A DNA stretch of 56,995 nucleotides from Octopus bimaculoides (lineage: Eukaryota). This document shows, piece by piece, positions 1 through 12,830 of this stretch. Made by a program: the position numbers and the translations under genes. The stretch spans positions 86,992,696 to 87,049,690 of the forward strand of contig NC_068982.1 of assembly GCF_001194135.2 (NCBI RefSeq). The letters run 5' to 3'. The stretch's first letter is position 1; every line of letters starts with the position of its first letter. The notes under the pieces were generated by a model. That model was not told the origin of the DNA. It made no database searches and saw nothing but the letters and a program-made list of their open reading frames with translations.

Positions 1-44
<44 letters not shown>
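1..44. repeat. (CA)n microsatellite
   Basis: Pure CA repeat at the window start. Confidence 0.98.
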
Positions 45-46
<2 letters not shown>

Positions 47-480
47 GATAGAAAGTTATCGTGAGGAGGATTATTTTGTTTTCATGTGGGAATTTTGTTA
101 TTATGGTTCAGTCAGGTGTGAAAGTGAAGAGATGTGTTAAAATCAGATCTCGACATTCTTCTGGACGGTTGAAATCCGTAGTGAAAAGCCGTACGTGTTT
201 CAACAAGATTCAGCATCTTCTCAAAAACCATGTAACACAAGAATGGATGTCAGACAATCTTTACGATTATGTAACACCAGACTTGCGACCTCCAGTATCA
301 CCAGATTTAAACACCATCGACTTATTATATGTTTGAATCATTGTTGAAAGGGAGTGTAAACGACACAATACCATAGTTTCACTGAAGGCCATCATTGTCC
401 AGGTGACGTCCGAAAGGTATTAAGAACCATTCAGTGCAAGATTATCAACGATTCCAGCTACGCAATGAAGCAGTCATTGA
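45..480 (+). mobile_element. IS630-Tc1-mariner (maT/DD37D-like) transposase C-terminal remnant
   Basis: QDS...H..TQEWMSDNL followed by RPPVSPDLNTID (cf. WPPxSPDLNPxD) and a terminal RNEAVIEAE. Frameshifted, with stops. Confidence 0.75.
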
Positions 481-511
481 AGCTGAAGGCTGAAACAAAG
501 AATAATTTTAT

Positions 512-1300
512 ATGAAAGCTTATCGAGAACATATGAACATAGGTACCATCATAGCCAGGTTAAATAGAAAGAATATAAAATCGGCAAGAGCAGTTAATAA
601 TAATCATATTGTCAACGCTAGTTTAAACCCCTACAATGAGAATAATATTAATGAAGATGTAAGAATTAGAAACAACAGTGCTAACACGTCTAATATGTAC
701 AATGTAGACTGTGACTCCGAAGTTTATACTAGCACAGGGATTACTGATACAATGCCTGTTGATGCTGAGGTGAATTTAAATGATACTACAGTTGAAGGAA
801 GTATAAATAATAACAGAAATAATAAAAGTAACGCAGATTATAGTAGTAGTAGTAAGAATAATAATGATAATGATAATAATAACAATATTAATAGTAGTAA
901 TGCTCCTGGTTGCAAATATCATAGCTCAATCCTACTGTCCGTTATTAGGCCGATGTTTAATCCAAAACGTAATTTATAAATGCACAATTTTAACTGATGC
1001 TGGTAACTTTATATATATAGGACGTTCGATAAGTATGAAAGAACGTATCAATAACCATTTTTCATCCTTTAGACTCAAACATAAAGCCAATTGTACGTCC
1101 TTATCTAGCAAGATTTGGGAACTGAAGGAAAGCGGGATCAAATTTAGCCTTGAATTGGATATAATACGAAGAGCGCAGCCTTATAGAGATAGTCGATAAG
1201 GGTGTGAGTTGTGCTCTATGGAAACTTAAGTATAGGGACAAGAACAATCTAATTAATAATAGATTAGACCTAAGGGTATCATGCATGCATAACGTCACCC
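512..1300 (+). mobile_element. Penelope-like element 3' part with GIY-YIG endonuclease (degenerate)
   Basis: NIGTIIARLN linker, CPLLGRCLIQNVIYKC...YIGRS...KERINNHFSSF...TSLSSKIWELK...IIRRAQPY, then CELC after an in-frame stop. Confidence 0.75.
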
Positions 1301-3167
1301 GTACATTTAAGTATTCTCGAAACTAACGATTATAAATGCCATACCTGAACTTTGATGGTGGAAATTAATGTCGTATCCGTTGTAAACTTACCCTCTAGTA
1401 TTAAATATAATAAAATCATGGTATATGGTGATATAGTGAATTAAATTGCATTGTATATGTTATAAGCTATATGTTTGTGGTATGTAGTGTGCTATATATA
1501 ATACTATCCCATAACCCCTGCCTAGTTAGTCTGACTTCATCCTATTTTTGTGATGACACTATTTTCCTTTTTATGATGTTCTACCCTACTGATCATATTA
1601 TGTATATTTGCAGTGACTTTATGTAAGTAAGTCTCCTTTCGACTAAATTATATACCCCCTAGAAACTATAAAAGCATACACACAATAACACCTGTAACAT
1701 AACAACTTATAAAATCTCTTTGGTCTGAATACCTTTAACCGCCCTCACTACTTCCATACCTATTACCCCCTCTTTTCGGGTTACCTTTATCTCTTCCCTA
1801 CCTCAAATTTTAATCCCCTGTCTCTTTGAATGTAGATCATATATATTTCTTATTATTTTCTATAAATTCTTATTATTTTGTCTTCTTATTTTGATATCCT
1901 TGTCTATTAACATCTTATCCCTTATAAATTGTTACTTTCCTTGTTCTTAAATAGATATTTTTCAGTTACTTTAATCTATGCGAGATGGTTATACTATATA
2001 TAAACGTATAAATATTTGAGTATGTATATTTATATATGTGTATCTGCATGCATCTTTACATTTTTCTGATTCATGGCTTAATATTAAAAGACAGCATGTT
2101 TATCTTTCCAGTTATTCCATAAGTAAATGCCTTTAGCAGTCTTTATAGAAACTACCGAATAAGTAATTAAGTACATGAAAGAATATCAAATTGATTCTAT
2201 GTAATCTTTCCTTTCTAATGTTTTACCTATTTTGGTTATGATGTTTTTTTAAAATCTTAAATTTCATTTTTATACAATATAACAAGATTGTTTATAAACA
2301 ATCATCCATAGTGCCCCAAAATAAAATTTCCTCTGTATTAACATCTTAGGTTTCTTAGCGTCTTGCCCCTTTAACTGGTAATTAACATCATAATTTAAAG
2401 TCTTCTCCTACCCAACCTCTTTTTATAGACACTTATTTCCAATTGACTACTCCTGGTGTCTTCTTTCCTCGCTGTGTGCGTGTGTGTGTGTGCGTGTGTG
2501 TGTGTGTGTGCGTGTGTGTGTANNNNNNNNNNNNNNNNNNNNNNNNNNNNNNNNNNNNNNNNNNNNNNNNNNNNNNNNNNNNNNNNNNNNNNNNNNNNNN
2601 NNNNNNNNNNNNNNNNNNNNNNNNNNNNNNNNNNNNNNNNNNNNNNNNNNNNNNNNNNNNNNNNNNNNNNNNNNNNNNNNNNNNNNNNNNNNNNNNNNNN
2701 NNNNNNNNNNNNNNNNNNNNNNNNNNNNNNNNNNNNNNNNNNNNNNNNNNNNNNNNNNNNNNNNNNNNNNNNNNNNNNNNNNNNNNNNNNNNNNNNNNNN
2801 NNNNNNNNNNNNNNNNNNNNNNNNNNNNNNNNNNNNNNNNNNNNNNNNNNNNNNNNNNNNNNNNNNNNNNNNNNNNNNNNNNNNNNNNNNNNNNNNNNNN
2901 NNNNNNNNNNNNNNNNNNNAGCTGGATTAGTTGATGATTAAAATCTTACCTGTTCAAAATTTTACCAGGTGATGGTGGATTGTATATTATGATGTAAGCT
3001 TTTTTGGAAATGAACACCAATTTTTTTACGTGATCGGCTTGAAGAATTGTGGAGATATTTTCTTAACATGAAGCCAATAGTAGCCTTAATACACAAATAA
3101 CGAATCTTTACCTTCCAATGCGGTGTTGAGCACTCATTCACATCGTCCGATAATTACGCGTGCGCGC

Positions 3168-3198
<31 letters not shown>

Positions 3199-3374
3199 AA
3201 GTTGAGTAAAAAGTAAGCAACGTTTTGAACCATAAAGAATTTGTACCGGATTTTTGCAGAGTTTTGCGTCTTTTTTTAAACATGTTTTTTTTTGGCAATT
3301 GTCTGATAATACAGGCATAGACTTGCCCAAATGCATCAATATTTTCCCCCCGTCGTTACAATAATCTGAAATGG

Positions 3375-3522
3375 AACTATCAAAGCGCTACTTTGCTATT
3401 TAACTTAAAAAAAGGACGTAAAGCAGCTAAAACTGCTTATAATATCAAAGAAACGTGAGTGGTCAGCTCGAAAATGGTTTGAACGATTTCGCAGTGGAAA
3501 CCTGAGCCTTGAAAATCGTGAC
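3375..3522 (+). mobile_element. mariner transposase N-terminal HTH remnant
   Basis: ALLCYLT / KKGRKAAKTAYNIKET / ARKWFERFRSGNLSLENRD across frames. Confidence 0.55.
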
Positions 3523-3705
3523 TATAGTACTTACTTTAGCGAAAATTTCTTACCCGGGTCAACTTACCACGGTAAATATCTTCCATGCTGCAATGTGCAG
3601 CTGCTTTATAAAAATATATGTATACACCTTTATTCTGATCCTCGTTGCATGGTATGAGTAAACAAAATTTATTCCAACTTAGTAAGCTTATAGTTATACA
3701 TACAT

Positions 3706-3858
<153 letters not shown>

Positions 3859-4655
3859 AAGCCAAGAAAGTAAGAACAAAATTCAATGGTCAGTGTTCAT
3901 AGTTACTCAATATATTTCAAAGCATCGGAATACTCCACAGCGTACATATGTGCACTCATATACACATGATATAATATAAAAATATATAAATATATAAATA
4001 CATAAATGTACTTGCGAGGTTGTATGTCCGTATTAAAATCAATGAGGATATTAAAATATGCACATGGTGAATGTATAGCGGCAGTTCAAAAGGCTGAGAA
4101 TGTTGGTATAAAATAATTTTAAGAATCTTGAACAGGTATAAAGTCTAACGGTCGTTTCGAGAAAATATAGGTTGGTATGGGCGATTTAATTCCAACTATA
4201 ACAATCATCTACATTTCTCTCATCAGAGTTAATCTAAGAGGATTTATAAAAGAGTTATTTAAATTTTTAAGTTTTAAGTAACATGAGAAATTTAAGAATT
4301 TAAAAATTCCAATACTGTGTCGGAACATACTATTCAGGCGGATGATATAATAAGGGCTAAATTTACATGTTTAAATAGATTATGAAGCTATAGATAATGG
4401 TGAATCCAAATGGACAAAGGGTAAATAGGTTAAAATCATATAAACTAATTATTTTTGGAAAAAAATTGAAAAGTTGATAAATATTTATGTCTACAAAGAA
4501 AAATGACATCCGAGATCTTAAGTAAAATTTTACTGTCAGCACGGAGTATAATGATCGCTTCTTTAGTGCATAATTTTCAATTTCTGGTGTGTGTGTGTGT
4601 GTATTGTATAGTGTGGTTTCCGTTATAATAGACCAATACAGACTGAATTCTTTAT

Positions 4656-4695
<40 letters not shown>

Positions 4696-4844
4696 AACGG
4701 CGACCATGCTAGTGTGCTGCCTTGGAATATTCTCGACCATCATATTAACCCCAGGATTTCTATAATGTAAGTCTAGTACTTACTTTAGCGAAAATTTCTT
4801 ACCCGGGTCAAATTACCACGGTAAATATCTTTCATGTTGCAATG

Positions 4845-5192
4845 TGCAGCTGTCCAAAAATGTCATCACGGTATTACCTACCTATGAGACATGATGTTGT
4901 GGCCAAGACACTGTACAATGAAATCCGCCGACAGGATAACCCCGGGGCTAAGGAGATGAAAACCCATAATGAGGTAGAGGCCATTACCACTCACAATATG
5001 AAAGAGTATTGGTGGAATGTCCCAATAAAAACCTCAATAAAGTGCAGACATAATAGACCGGATATAGTAATCTGGGACAGAGAAGAGAAACTCTGTACAG
5101 TAGTAGAAATCAGCTGTCCTGCGGATTAGAGAAAAAGAGAACAACTACGCCGAGCTACTGAGAAATTTGCAGATACTCCACCCAGACTAGAG
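4845..5192 (+). mobile_element. R4/Dong-clade non-LTR retrotransposon 3' fragment (CCHC end plus restriction-like endonuclease)
   Basis: SCPK...RHDVVAK, WWNVPIKT, HNRPDIVIWD...VVEISCP (PD..D-E-K-type RLE), then KENNYAELLRNLQILHPD. Confidence 0.85.
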
Positions 5193-6908
5193 TATTCTGC
5201 AGGACAGCGGATAGGGATAGTGTAGGTAGTTCACAATTTCATATAGTCAGCTACACAGATCACAAATTTGTGACTTGTACGCTTGACTTAGAAAAGAATC
5301 ATAGGCAGGGGCCCGGCTACTGGAAACTGAATGCGTCGCTCACGGCGCGCCAGGCTTACAGAGACCGGAATAGCACATTAGTTAAGAGAGCATTGACGGG
5401 CGCCATCATCAACAATAGATGGTGGTATGCCCTAAAGAAAGCAATTAAAGCAGAATCGGTTAGGTGTAGTAAAGCTCTAGCGATAGATCGAAATAGAATA
5501 GAGAAAGACCTAGTTAAGAAATTAGAAGAGGCACATAAAAATGGCATCGCGTCCAACGTGCTAGCGGTGAGGTTGTCCCTCGACCAACAAACACTTCAAC
5601 GCCAAACAGGAAGGATGCGTTGTCAGAACTAGGATGCGTGCTCTGAGAAACGAAGGAATTGGAGCCACCCGAGAGGCCCGAGTGGCAGAGGCGCAACGAG
5701 GCAACAAAGCCACCATTAGATCTCTTATTTCTTTATTGCCCACAAGGGGCTAAACATAGAGGGGACAAACAAGGACAGACAACGGAAGTCGATTACATCA
5801 ACCCCAGTGCGTAACTGGTACTTAATTTATCGACCCCGAAAGGATGAAAGGCAAAGTCGACCTCGGCGGAATTTGAACTCAGAACGTAAAGACAGATGAA
5901 ATACCGCTGAACATTTCACCCGGCGTGCTAACGTTTCTGCCAGGTTGCCACCATTAGGTCTCTGACAGATGAACAGGGGCGCGAATTACTCGAGCCCGAA
6001 AGGATGTGTGAAGCCTTTCAACAGCACTTTGTCCAACTGTTCGGGACAATTGGTGGGTCAGAACGCAGCGTGGAATTTAGTGCCTATGTGCATGGTCTAC
6101 CACGACTCTCGGCAAGAGAGGCGGAGTGTTGCGAAAGACCCATCACAGCAGCGGACGTACGGTATGTGATGGCAGGCTGCGCAGGAGACAAGTCGCCAGG
6201 CGTGGATGGTCTGCCCTACGAGCTTTATTGTCATATGCCAGACTTGTTTTGAGGCGTCTTGGCAGCTGTCTGCTGCAACTGACAGCAAAACGGGAGTATC
6301 CCCAGTTTTGTGAGCCAAAACTGCTAAAGAAAGATCCAAACAAGGGGAATGTCATAGATAACTTCAGGCCCATCGCTCTGCTCAACGCAGATTTGAAGAT
6401 TTTGGCCAAGGTGCTAGCCGAGAGGTTGGCGCTTGTTATCAAGAAACTGGTCGACATGGGGCAAGCATGCGCCATGCCTGGCAGGTGTATCCATGACAAC
6501 CTCCATCTGATGCGTTACATCATTGACAGGGTAGTTAAAGAACCTGGCATGGGTGGGGCACTGAACAATTTGAATGAATCGAAAGCTTTTGATAGGGTCG
6601 ACCATCGCTACTTGGAGGCTGTCCTTACAGCGGCTGGTTTCGGTCCCGTCTTCCGCAGTTGCATCGCTGCCTTATACAGCGGCATCCGCTCGGTAGTTCG
6701 CGTAAATAGTCATCTATCCAGACCATATAACATCATGCGTTCGGTCCGTCAAGGATGCTCCCTCTCGTCGCTTCTGTACGTATTGACTCTAGAGCCACTA
6801 CTGCCGAAGCTGGTGACGCTGAGGGGTATCCCGCGAGAACTGGGATGCGAGAGGGGAGTGTATATATACGCGGACGACATCACCGTCATAGTGTCTAGCC
6901 ACAGGTAT
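5193..6908 (+). mobile_element. L1/Tx1-clade LINE ORF2 remnant (end of APE plus RT), interrupted by a SINE and ending in an assembly gap
   Basis: SYTDHKFV..GPGYWKLNASL; KSPGVDGLPYE; NFRPIALLNADLKILAKVLA; SKAFDRVDH; VRQGCSLS; YADD. Confidence 0.9.
5726..5952 (-). mobile_element. tRNA-derived SINE, family A (GGTCGACTTTGCCTTTCATCCTTTCGGGGTCGATAAA core)
   Basis: Reverse complement of the copy at 51428. Flanked by a 17-bp TSD, gccaccattag(a/g)tctct (5709-5725 and 5947-5963). Confidence 0.9.
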
Positions 6909-7399
6909 NNNNNNNNNNNNNNNNNNNNNNNNNNNNNNNNNNNNNNNNNNNNNNNNNNNNNNNNNNNNNNNNNNNNNNNNNNNNNNNNNNNNNNNNNNNN
7001 NNNNNNNNNNNNNNNNNNNNNNNNNNNNNNNNNNNNNNNNNNNNNNNNNNNNNNNNNNNNNNNNNNNNNNNNNNNNNNNNNNNNNNNNNNNNNNNNNNNN
7101 NNNNNNNNNNNNNNNNNNNNNNNNNNNNNNNNNNNNNNNNNNNNNNNNNNNNNNNNNNNNNNNNNNNNNNNNNNNNNNNNNNNNNNNNNNNNNNNNNNNN
7201 NNNNNNNNNNNNNNNNNNNNNNNNNNNNNNNNNNNNNNNNNNNNNNNNNNNNNNNNNNNNNNNNNNNNNNNNNNNNNNNNNNNNNNNNNNNNNNNNNNNN
7301 NNNNNNNNNNNNNNNNNNNNNNNNNNGTGGGTTCCCACCCGGCATCCGAAACTCGGAGTTTTATCATGGCTACCGAATAAGTGTCACATATGTTTACAG

Positions 7400-7445
<46 letters not shown>

Positions 7446-7802
7446 ATATATATATATATGAGAGAGATATCACAGCCGCCAGTTTCCGGCCATCAACGGT
7501 CGCTGCCGGTATGTATGTATACAATTATATGTGCGTTGACAGCTGCAACAGAGTCATTTGGCTCTTATTTCTAGCAGTGTATGCCTTCTAACATCGTCGG
7601 TCATATTTAATGACGTTTATTGTTTTCCTTTTTGATGAAACTCTGCTAATTAGCTGCCTCATTTAATTATATATATACATGTTATGTCCATGTGTGTGTG
7701 ACTGTGCATAGTATATGTAAAATACTTGTTTATGTGTACATATCTATCTACCTCTCTATGCATACATAGATGTTTTCACACACGTTTTCTCTCTCCCCCC
7801 CC

Positions 7803-7838
<36 letters not shown>

Positions 7839-8577
7839 TTTATTCATGCACTGCGCAAGCAGAGAGGGAGGGAGAGAGTGTGTCATACAGTGAAAGAGAA
7901 GAGAGGGCGAAGAAATAAAGCGAAAGGATGAAAGAGATATAAAGAGATTGAGGGAGAGTTGGGTAATAGGAATCTCGTATAGAAACCGTGTGTGATCCGT
8001 TAGCTGGGATCTCTTTTTAACAAAAGTCAGATTATTTCAGATTATAGTTATAACAAATGAATTGAAGGGCATTAAATATTCAAATTGTTACTGAAAGGCT
8101 TATTCTTAAATATTTTACGAAAATTAATTTTAACATTAACGGAGTGACGAGTTTACATAAGAAGCGGATGTAGTTGAAACGAAATTATTCTAGCGACCGA
8201 ATTTTTGGTCGGTCTTAAAAATAGGGGAGATAATGTAAGGAAGCAATAACTATAGGAATCCAGTAGATTGAGGATGGATATTCAATAATACTGTTATAGA
8301 AACAGTTAGTATGAGATGTTAAATGATCATATATTGTTTTGTGAATGTGTTTAGAAATGTTTAACACATAGGCGTGCGCACATTTATACTCACACGCGCG
8401 CGCGCGCCTGTGTGTATAATATTCATGCACAGCACAGCGAGTACTTTTTTTCTTTTAGAATATTAAGTAGAGGTGAATACATCTTGTATACAAAAAAACA
8501 CCCCATATTTTGTGGTTTCATAACCACTCATCAGAGGAGAAATATCAGCCATTCACTCTTTATGCCTGTGAAGAGAA

Positions 8578-8720
8578 CATATGTGGTTGTGTGGTAAGAA
8601 GTTTGCTTCCTACCCACATAGTTCCGGGTTCAGCACCACTGCATAGTATCTTGCCCCCTTGGTCGACTATAGCCTTGTGAGTGGATTTGCTAGACGGAAA
8701 ATGAAACAAGCCTGTCTTAT
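8578..8720 (+). mobile_element. SINE family B, 5' part
   Basis: gtggttgtgtggtaagaagtttgcttcc...gttccgggttca...gccttgtgagtggattt, shared with the copies at 26603, 36038 and 37049. Confidence 0.75.
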
Positions 8721-9216
8721 ATATATAGTTCATACACAACTAGACTCAACAATACTATCTTAGCATGTTTTTATCTTTCATAAGGATATTATGTATATCC
8801 GAATATGTTATGTGACATTCACTCCATCTAGTCGTCGGTAACAATATAATATTTTTTTGATGTATTCTTTTTTCGCACTGAGGAGAACAGTAATATGTAA
8901 TTAATTTAATTATACTAATTTCTAATTTTTTTTACCATATTATATGTTAATATTATCGTTCAAAACGATCATATGCATGGATTAAATTCTTTTAAAACTT
9001 TTGAAACCTTTCCTTCTCCATCTTTAATTGTTTGTTGAGTTTCTATAGGATATGTATTCCTTAAATGCTCATAACATACCTTATACTTGTAGCATTTTCA
9101 TATTCGAAAAATTCTTACAACAGTAAGCTACCAATGTAATATGAAGATTCTTTATTAGAAATCTACTTTTGGAACTCCCGCAAAGTAAAGGATGAAATAG
9201 AACTCGACCTTTTCTC

Positions 9217-9282
<66 letters not shown>

Positions 9283-9371
9283 ATATATGTATGTATATAT
9301 GTATGTATGTATGTATGTATGTGTGCGTGTCCTCAATATGTGTATGTGTGTATGTGTGTGCACGCGCGCAT

Positions 9372-10010
9372 ATATGGGTACAGGACGTCACCAACTGTAT
9401 AAACAGCATGAAATATGCAAACAACGTGAGAAAAAATGGCAAACAGGACAAGTAAACACGGAGAACGACCTTTCATCAGTTGTCGTCTGTCTATCTGATC
9501 CTCATTTCGAGCATTCAATGACAATATGAATCTTCAAAGACAGTTGCTCCCATAAATTCTAAAATAAAATTTAGGATTTTTGGAGGGTCAAAGTTGGGAA
9601 TAAAAACAGGACAGTGGAGATATACAAGGAAACCGAAAGAAAACAAACATGGAGGGTCGTTAGACCAGAACGAGAAGAAGATAGAGAACGCTGGGAGAAA
9701 TATTTTTTTTTGAAAAGAGAAAAGATAGAAGAGAGAGAAAGGAAACGTCCAGTCATTTGAACGTCCGTGCAAGAAAAGAAAGATGGTCACGTAAGCAAAA
9801 GAAAGATGGACGATGGTCACGTGTGAGCAACGGGAGAGAGAAAAAAAGAGAAAGGGAGAGAGAGAGTGAAAGAGGTACAAAACGGTGAAAGAGCGAGGGG
9901 GAGAAAATGGAATTAGAGAAGGACGGGGAAAGAAAACAGTATAGAGTAGAGTCGCATCAAAAAGGCTAAGATTAACTTACTTCGAAACGGATGCGTGGCG
10001 TTCATTAAAA
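9372..10010 (+). repeat. dispersed non-coding repeat with a purine-rich body; head repeated at 10378-10497
   Basis: atatgggtacaggacgtc...aaacaggacaagta.acac.gagaacgac occurs at both sites. Confidence 0.6.
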
Positions 10011-10779
10011 AAAATATAATATAAATTATATATATATCTATATATATTTTATATATANNNNNNNNNNNNNNNNNNNNNNNNNNNNNNNNNNNNNNNNNNN
10101 NNNNNNNNNNNNNNNNNNNNNNNNNNNNNNNNNNNNNNNNNNNNNNNNNNNNNNNNNNNNNNNNNNNNNNNNNNNNNNNNNNNNNNNNNNNNNNNNNNNN
10201 NNNNNNNNNNNNNNNNNNNNNNNNNNNNNNNNNNNNNNNNNNNNNNNNNNNNNNNNNNNNNNNNNNNNNNNNNNNNNNNNNNNNNNNNNNNNNNNNNNNN
10301 NNNNNNNNNNNNNNNNNNNNNNNNNNNNNNNNNNNNNNNNNNNNNNNNNNNNNNNNNNNNNNNNNATATATATGCATATATGGGTACAGGACGTCTCCAA
10401 CTGTGTAAACTGTGTAAAATACGAAAACAAACGAGTTAAATATGCAAACGAGAGAAAAAAATGGAAAACAGGACAAGTAGACACAGAGAACGACATATGT
10501 ATATATATATATAACGCCAATAACAGTAAGCATGCACTGATTCAGTATCACTTCTTTATTGTTAATACCTTTGTGCTTGTTTGTACTTCGGCACCACAGG
10601 ACAACTGGCGCTGGTTTGTTTATTTTCCCGTAACTTACGAAATCGGACGTAAATTAACATAATTGAAATAGAACGAAATATCAAAAGGCATGATCGCTCA
10701 ATGCGTCGATACACACATTAGCGTTTGTATCTCTCCTCCCTACAAAACTCTCTCTCTCACACACACATCTTGAAATGTA

Positions 10780-10900
10780 ATGTATTCAGTCATAAAACAA
10801 GTGCCTTCATATCTTTGTTCGACTAAAATTTCCGAGGCGATGCCCCAGCCTGACCACAGTCCAAGGACTGAAACAAATAAAAGATCGTTGATAAAAAGAG
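10780..10900 (+). mobile_element. SINE family B, 3' tail only (degenerate)
   Basis: gttcgactaaaa...gaggcgatgccccagc...gactgaaacaaataaaagat matches the tail at 36590-36675. Confidence 0.6.
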
Positions 10901-11559
10901 AATGTGTGTGTGTGTGTGCGCGCGCGCGCGTGTGTGAGTATGTGTGTGTGCGTGCGCTTGAGCATGCGGAAGTAGTGTAGTGTCCCATTGATCTATTTTG
11001 TTTGTATGTTTGTATGTATGTATGTATGTATGTATGTATGTATTATGTGTGTATGTATGTATGTATTCACTTTTTCCCTTCATGCACTATTTTTGTATCA
11101 GTTTAGATAGTTTTTATACAGTATAAATAGCTGTAGACTGTAATCTCTTAGATGAGCATTCTTTCTCTGAAGAGGTCCAAACAAGATTAGAAACTTGTCA
11201 GTTCGCTTCCAATTTTCTGCCCATTCAGGGATTCAAAATTCATGTGCTGAAACCGTTTTATTTACTTTGCACAGTTAAAATATGAAGGCACTTGTTTTAT
11301 GACTGTATGCGTTACATTTCAAGTTGTGTGTGTGGGAGAGAGTTTGTAGGGAGGAGAGGTACAAATGCTTGTGTGTGTATCGATGCGGGTTGGCAGAGTC
11401 ACTGCATTGAGCAATCATGCCTTTTGATATTCCATTCTATTTCAATTATGTTAATTTACGTCCGATCTGTTTTACTAGATATTTAGGTATGCGATATATC
11501 AGTCTAAGTTTCGATGTTTACAACTATTTTGTTTACATTAAAATTATATATTACATTGG

Positions 11560-12061
11560 TTATCTGAAGTACGTACCGAGGCTTGCAAGATTGTAGTTTC
11601 GTATTGATAGGGTTTTTCTATTTTGGTACTTTTGTAATACATATGTATTGTTAGTTTATTGTTAGATGTAAACATATTCTATTCTGTTTTATTAGTGTTT
11701 CGTGTGTGTTTTACTGAGTATTCTATCTGTTATATCGGTAAGAGTAAATTTGTTTTTGTTTTTTGTGTTCGTTCTGCAGCTTTGGACCAGTAACGTGTAG
11801 AATATCTCTTATTTGTTAATTCTTTGGATTTCCCTTTGCAAAGCGTCTTTTGTTGAAGGAAATTGAAAGGACTAGCTCAAAAATTTTGTACCAATGTAAA
11901 TACTCATTATCCCTGTAGGTGTAGGCATTCGTTGAAAAAGAATTATTCCTGAACGCAATCATATTATCTATACTCGGCACGTCGATGTTGTATTCATTGT
12001 ATGGAACAATGGAACAGGCAGTTAAACTGAATGTACATTCTGAAAATCCTTCCATATTCAA
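11560..12061 (-). mobile_element. Penelope-like RT thumb remnant (very degenerate)
   Basis: VPSIDNMIAFRNNSFSTNAYTY..EYLHW resembles PFLDV...FSTSVYRK..YLNW. A-rich coding-like strand. Confidence 0.45.
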
Positions 12062-12104
12062 ATTTTTTTTATATAATATAGTTCTAGTTTCACTTCCAGA
12101 GTCA

Positions 12105-12830
12105 CACGTACCCCATTTTTAGATATAGAAACCTAAGAACAACGAACAACTTATATAATACTTCTGTGTACATGAAAGACAGCAACGAATGTCAGCATAT
12201 GCACAGTGAGTGCCCTTGTAGATGTAAAATGGATGGAGTAAAATCCTGTCTGAGAAGATTTTAAAAAATTTTCGTTTATTGAAAGTCACCTTAAAAAAGA
12301 AACCCAAAGAATTAAGCATACACTATTCAGTAGCGGATGATTGAACACACTTGTGGACAAAACTGTTGAACACTACAAGGACTACTGCACCACAATAACT
12401 ATAACAAATACAACATCCAACAAAAGCCAACAAAACACATGTATGCATCCTAGTTATAAAATACATCAAATGCATCGTAATTATAGAATGGATGTTTATG
12501 TCATAAAAAAACAACAACTAAAACTGAACACATGTATAACACCCTATCTTAACAGTGAGAATATATTTCAAAATTTATCAGAATGAAAGACTTTCTCATT
12601 GGTGTGAACTCAGAAATCTATTAAACATAGAATGTGCTGCAGATAACCAATGTGCAGAACTCAAAGATCATGTACGCAAATACAACGCTTCTCCACGAGT
12701 TGATCATGCATTTTCAAGGACTCATCACAGTACACAACAGTACAGACCACTAAAGGAAATTAGATATAGAATTCCACAAAAACTAGATATTATAGAAGCT
12801 TTGTTAACAATTTGATATAACGAAAATTTT
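12105..12830 (+). mobile_element. Penelope-like element 3' remnant (RT thumb, linker, EN end)
   Basis: PFLDIET / TTNNLYNTSVYMK..SECPCRCK; NTLVDKTVEHY; HQMHRNYRMD; KLDIIEALL, recognised across frameshifts. Confidence 0.65.

Noticed and set aside
2443-2941. Long ORF-track entries made of X runs and VCVC/HTHT/YIYI peptides (also at 6749, 9913, 18486, 36134, 47885 and others)
   Set aside because: They are translations of N gaps and dinucleotide microsatellites, not proteins.
2950-3360. Possible mariner C-terminal relics on both strands
   Set aside because: The similarity is too faint to support a call.
8500-8540. Minus-strand CTGATGA followed by a GTGG/CCAC hairpin
   Set aside because: GAAA is not positioned after stem II, and there are no stems I or III; not a hammerhead.
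9440-9520. Minus-strand GAAA...CTGATGA in the dispersed repeat head
   Set aside because: No consistent stem pairing for any hammerhead topology.
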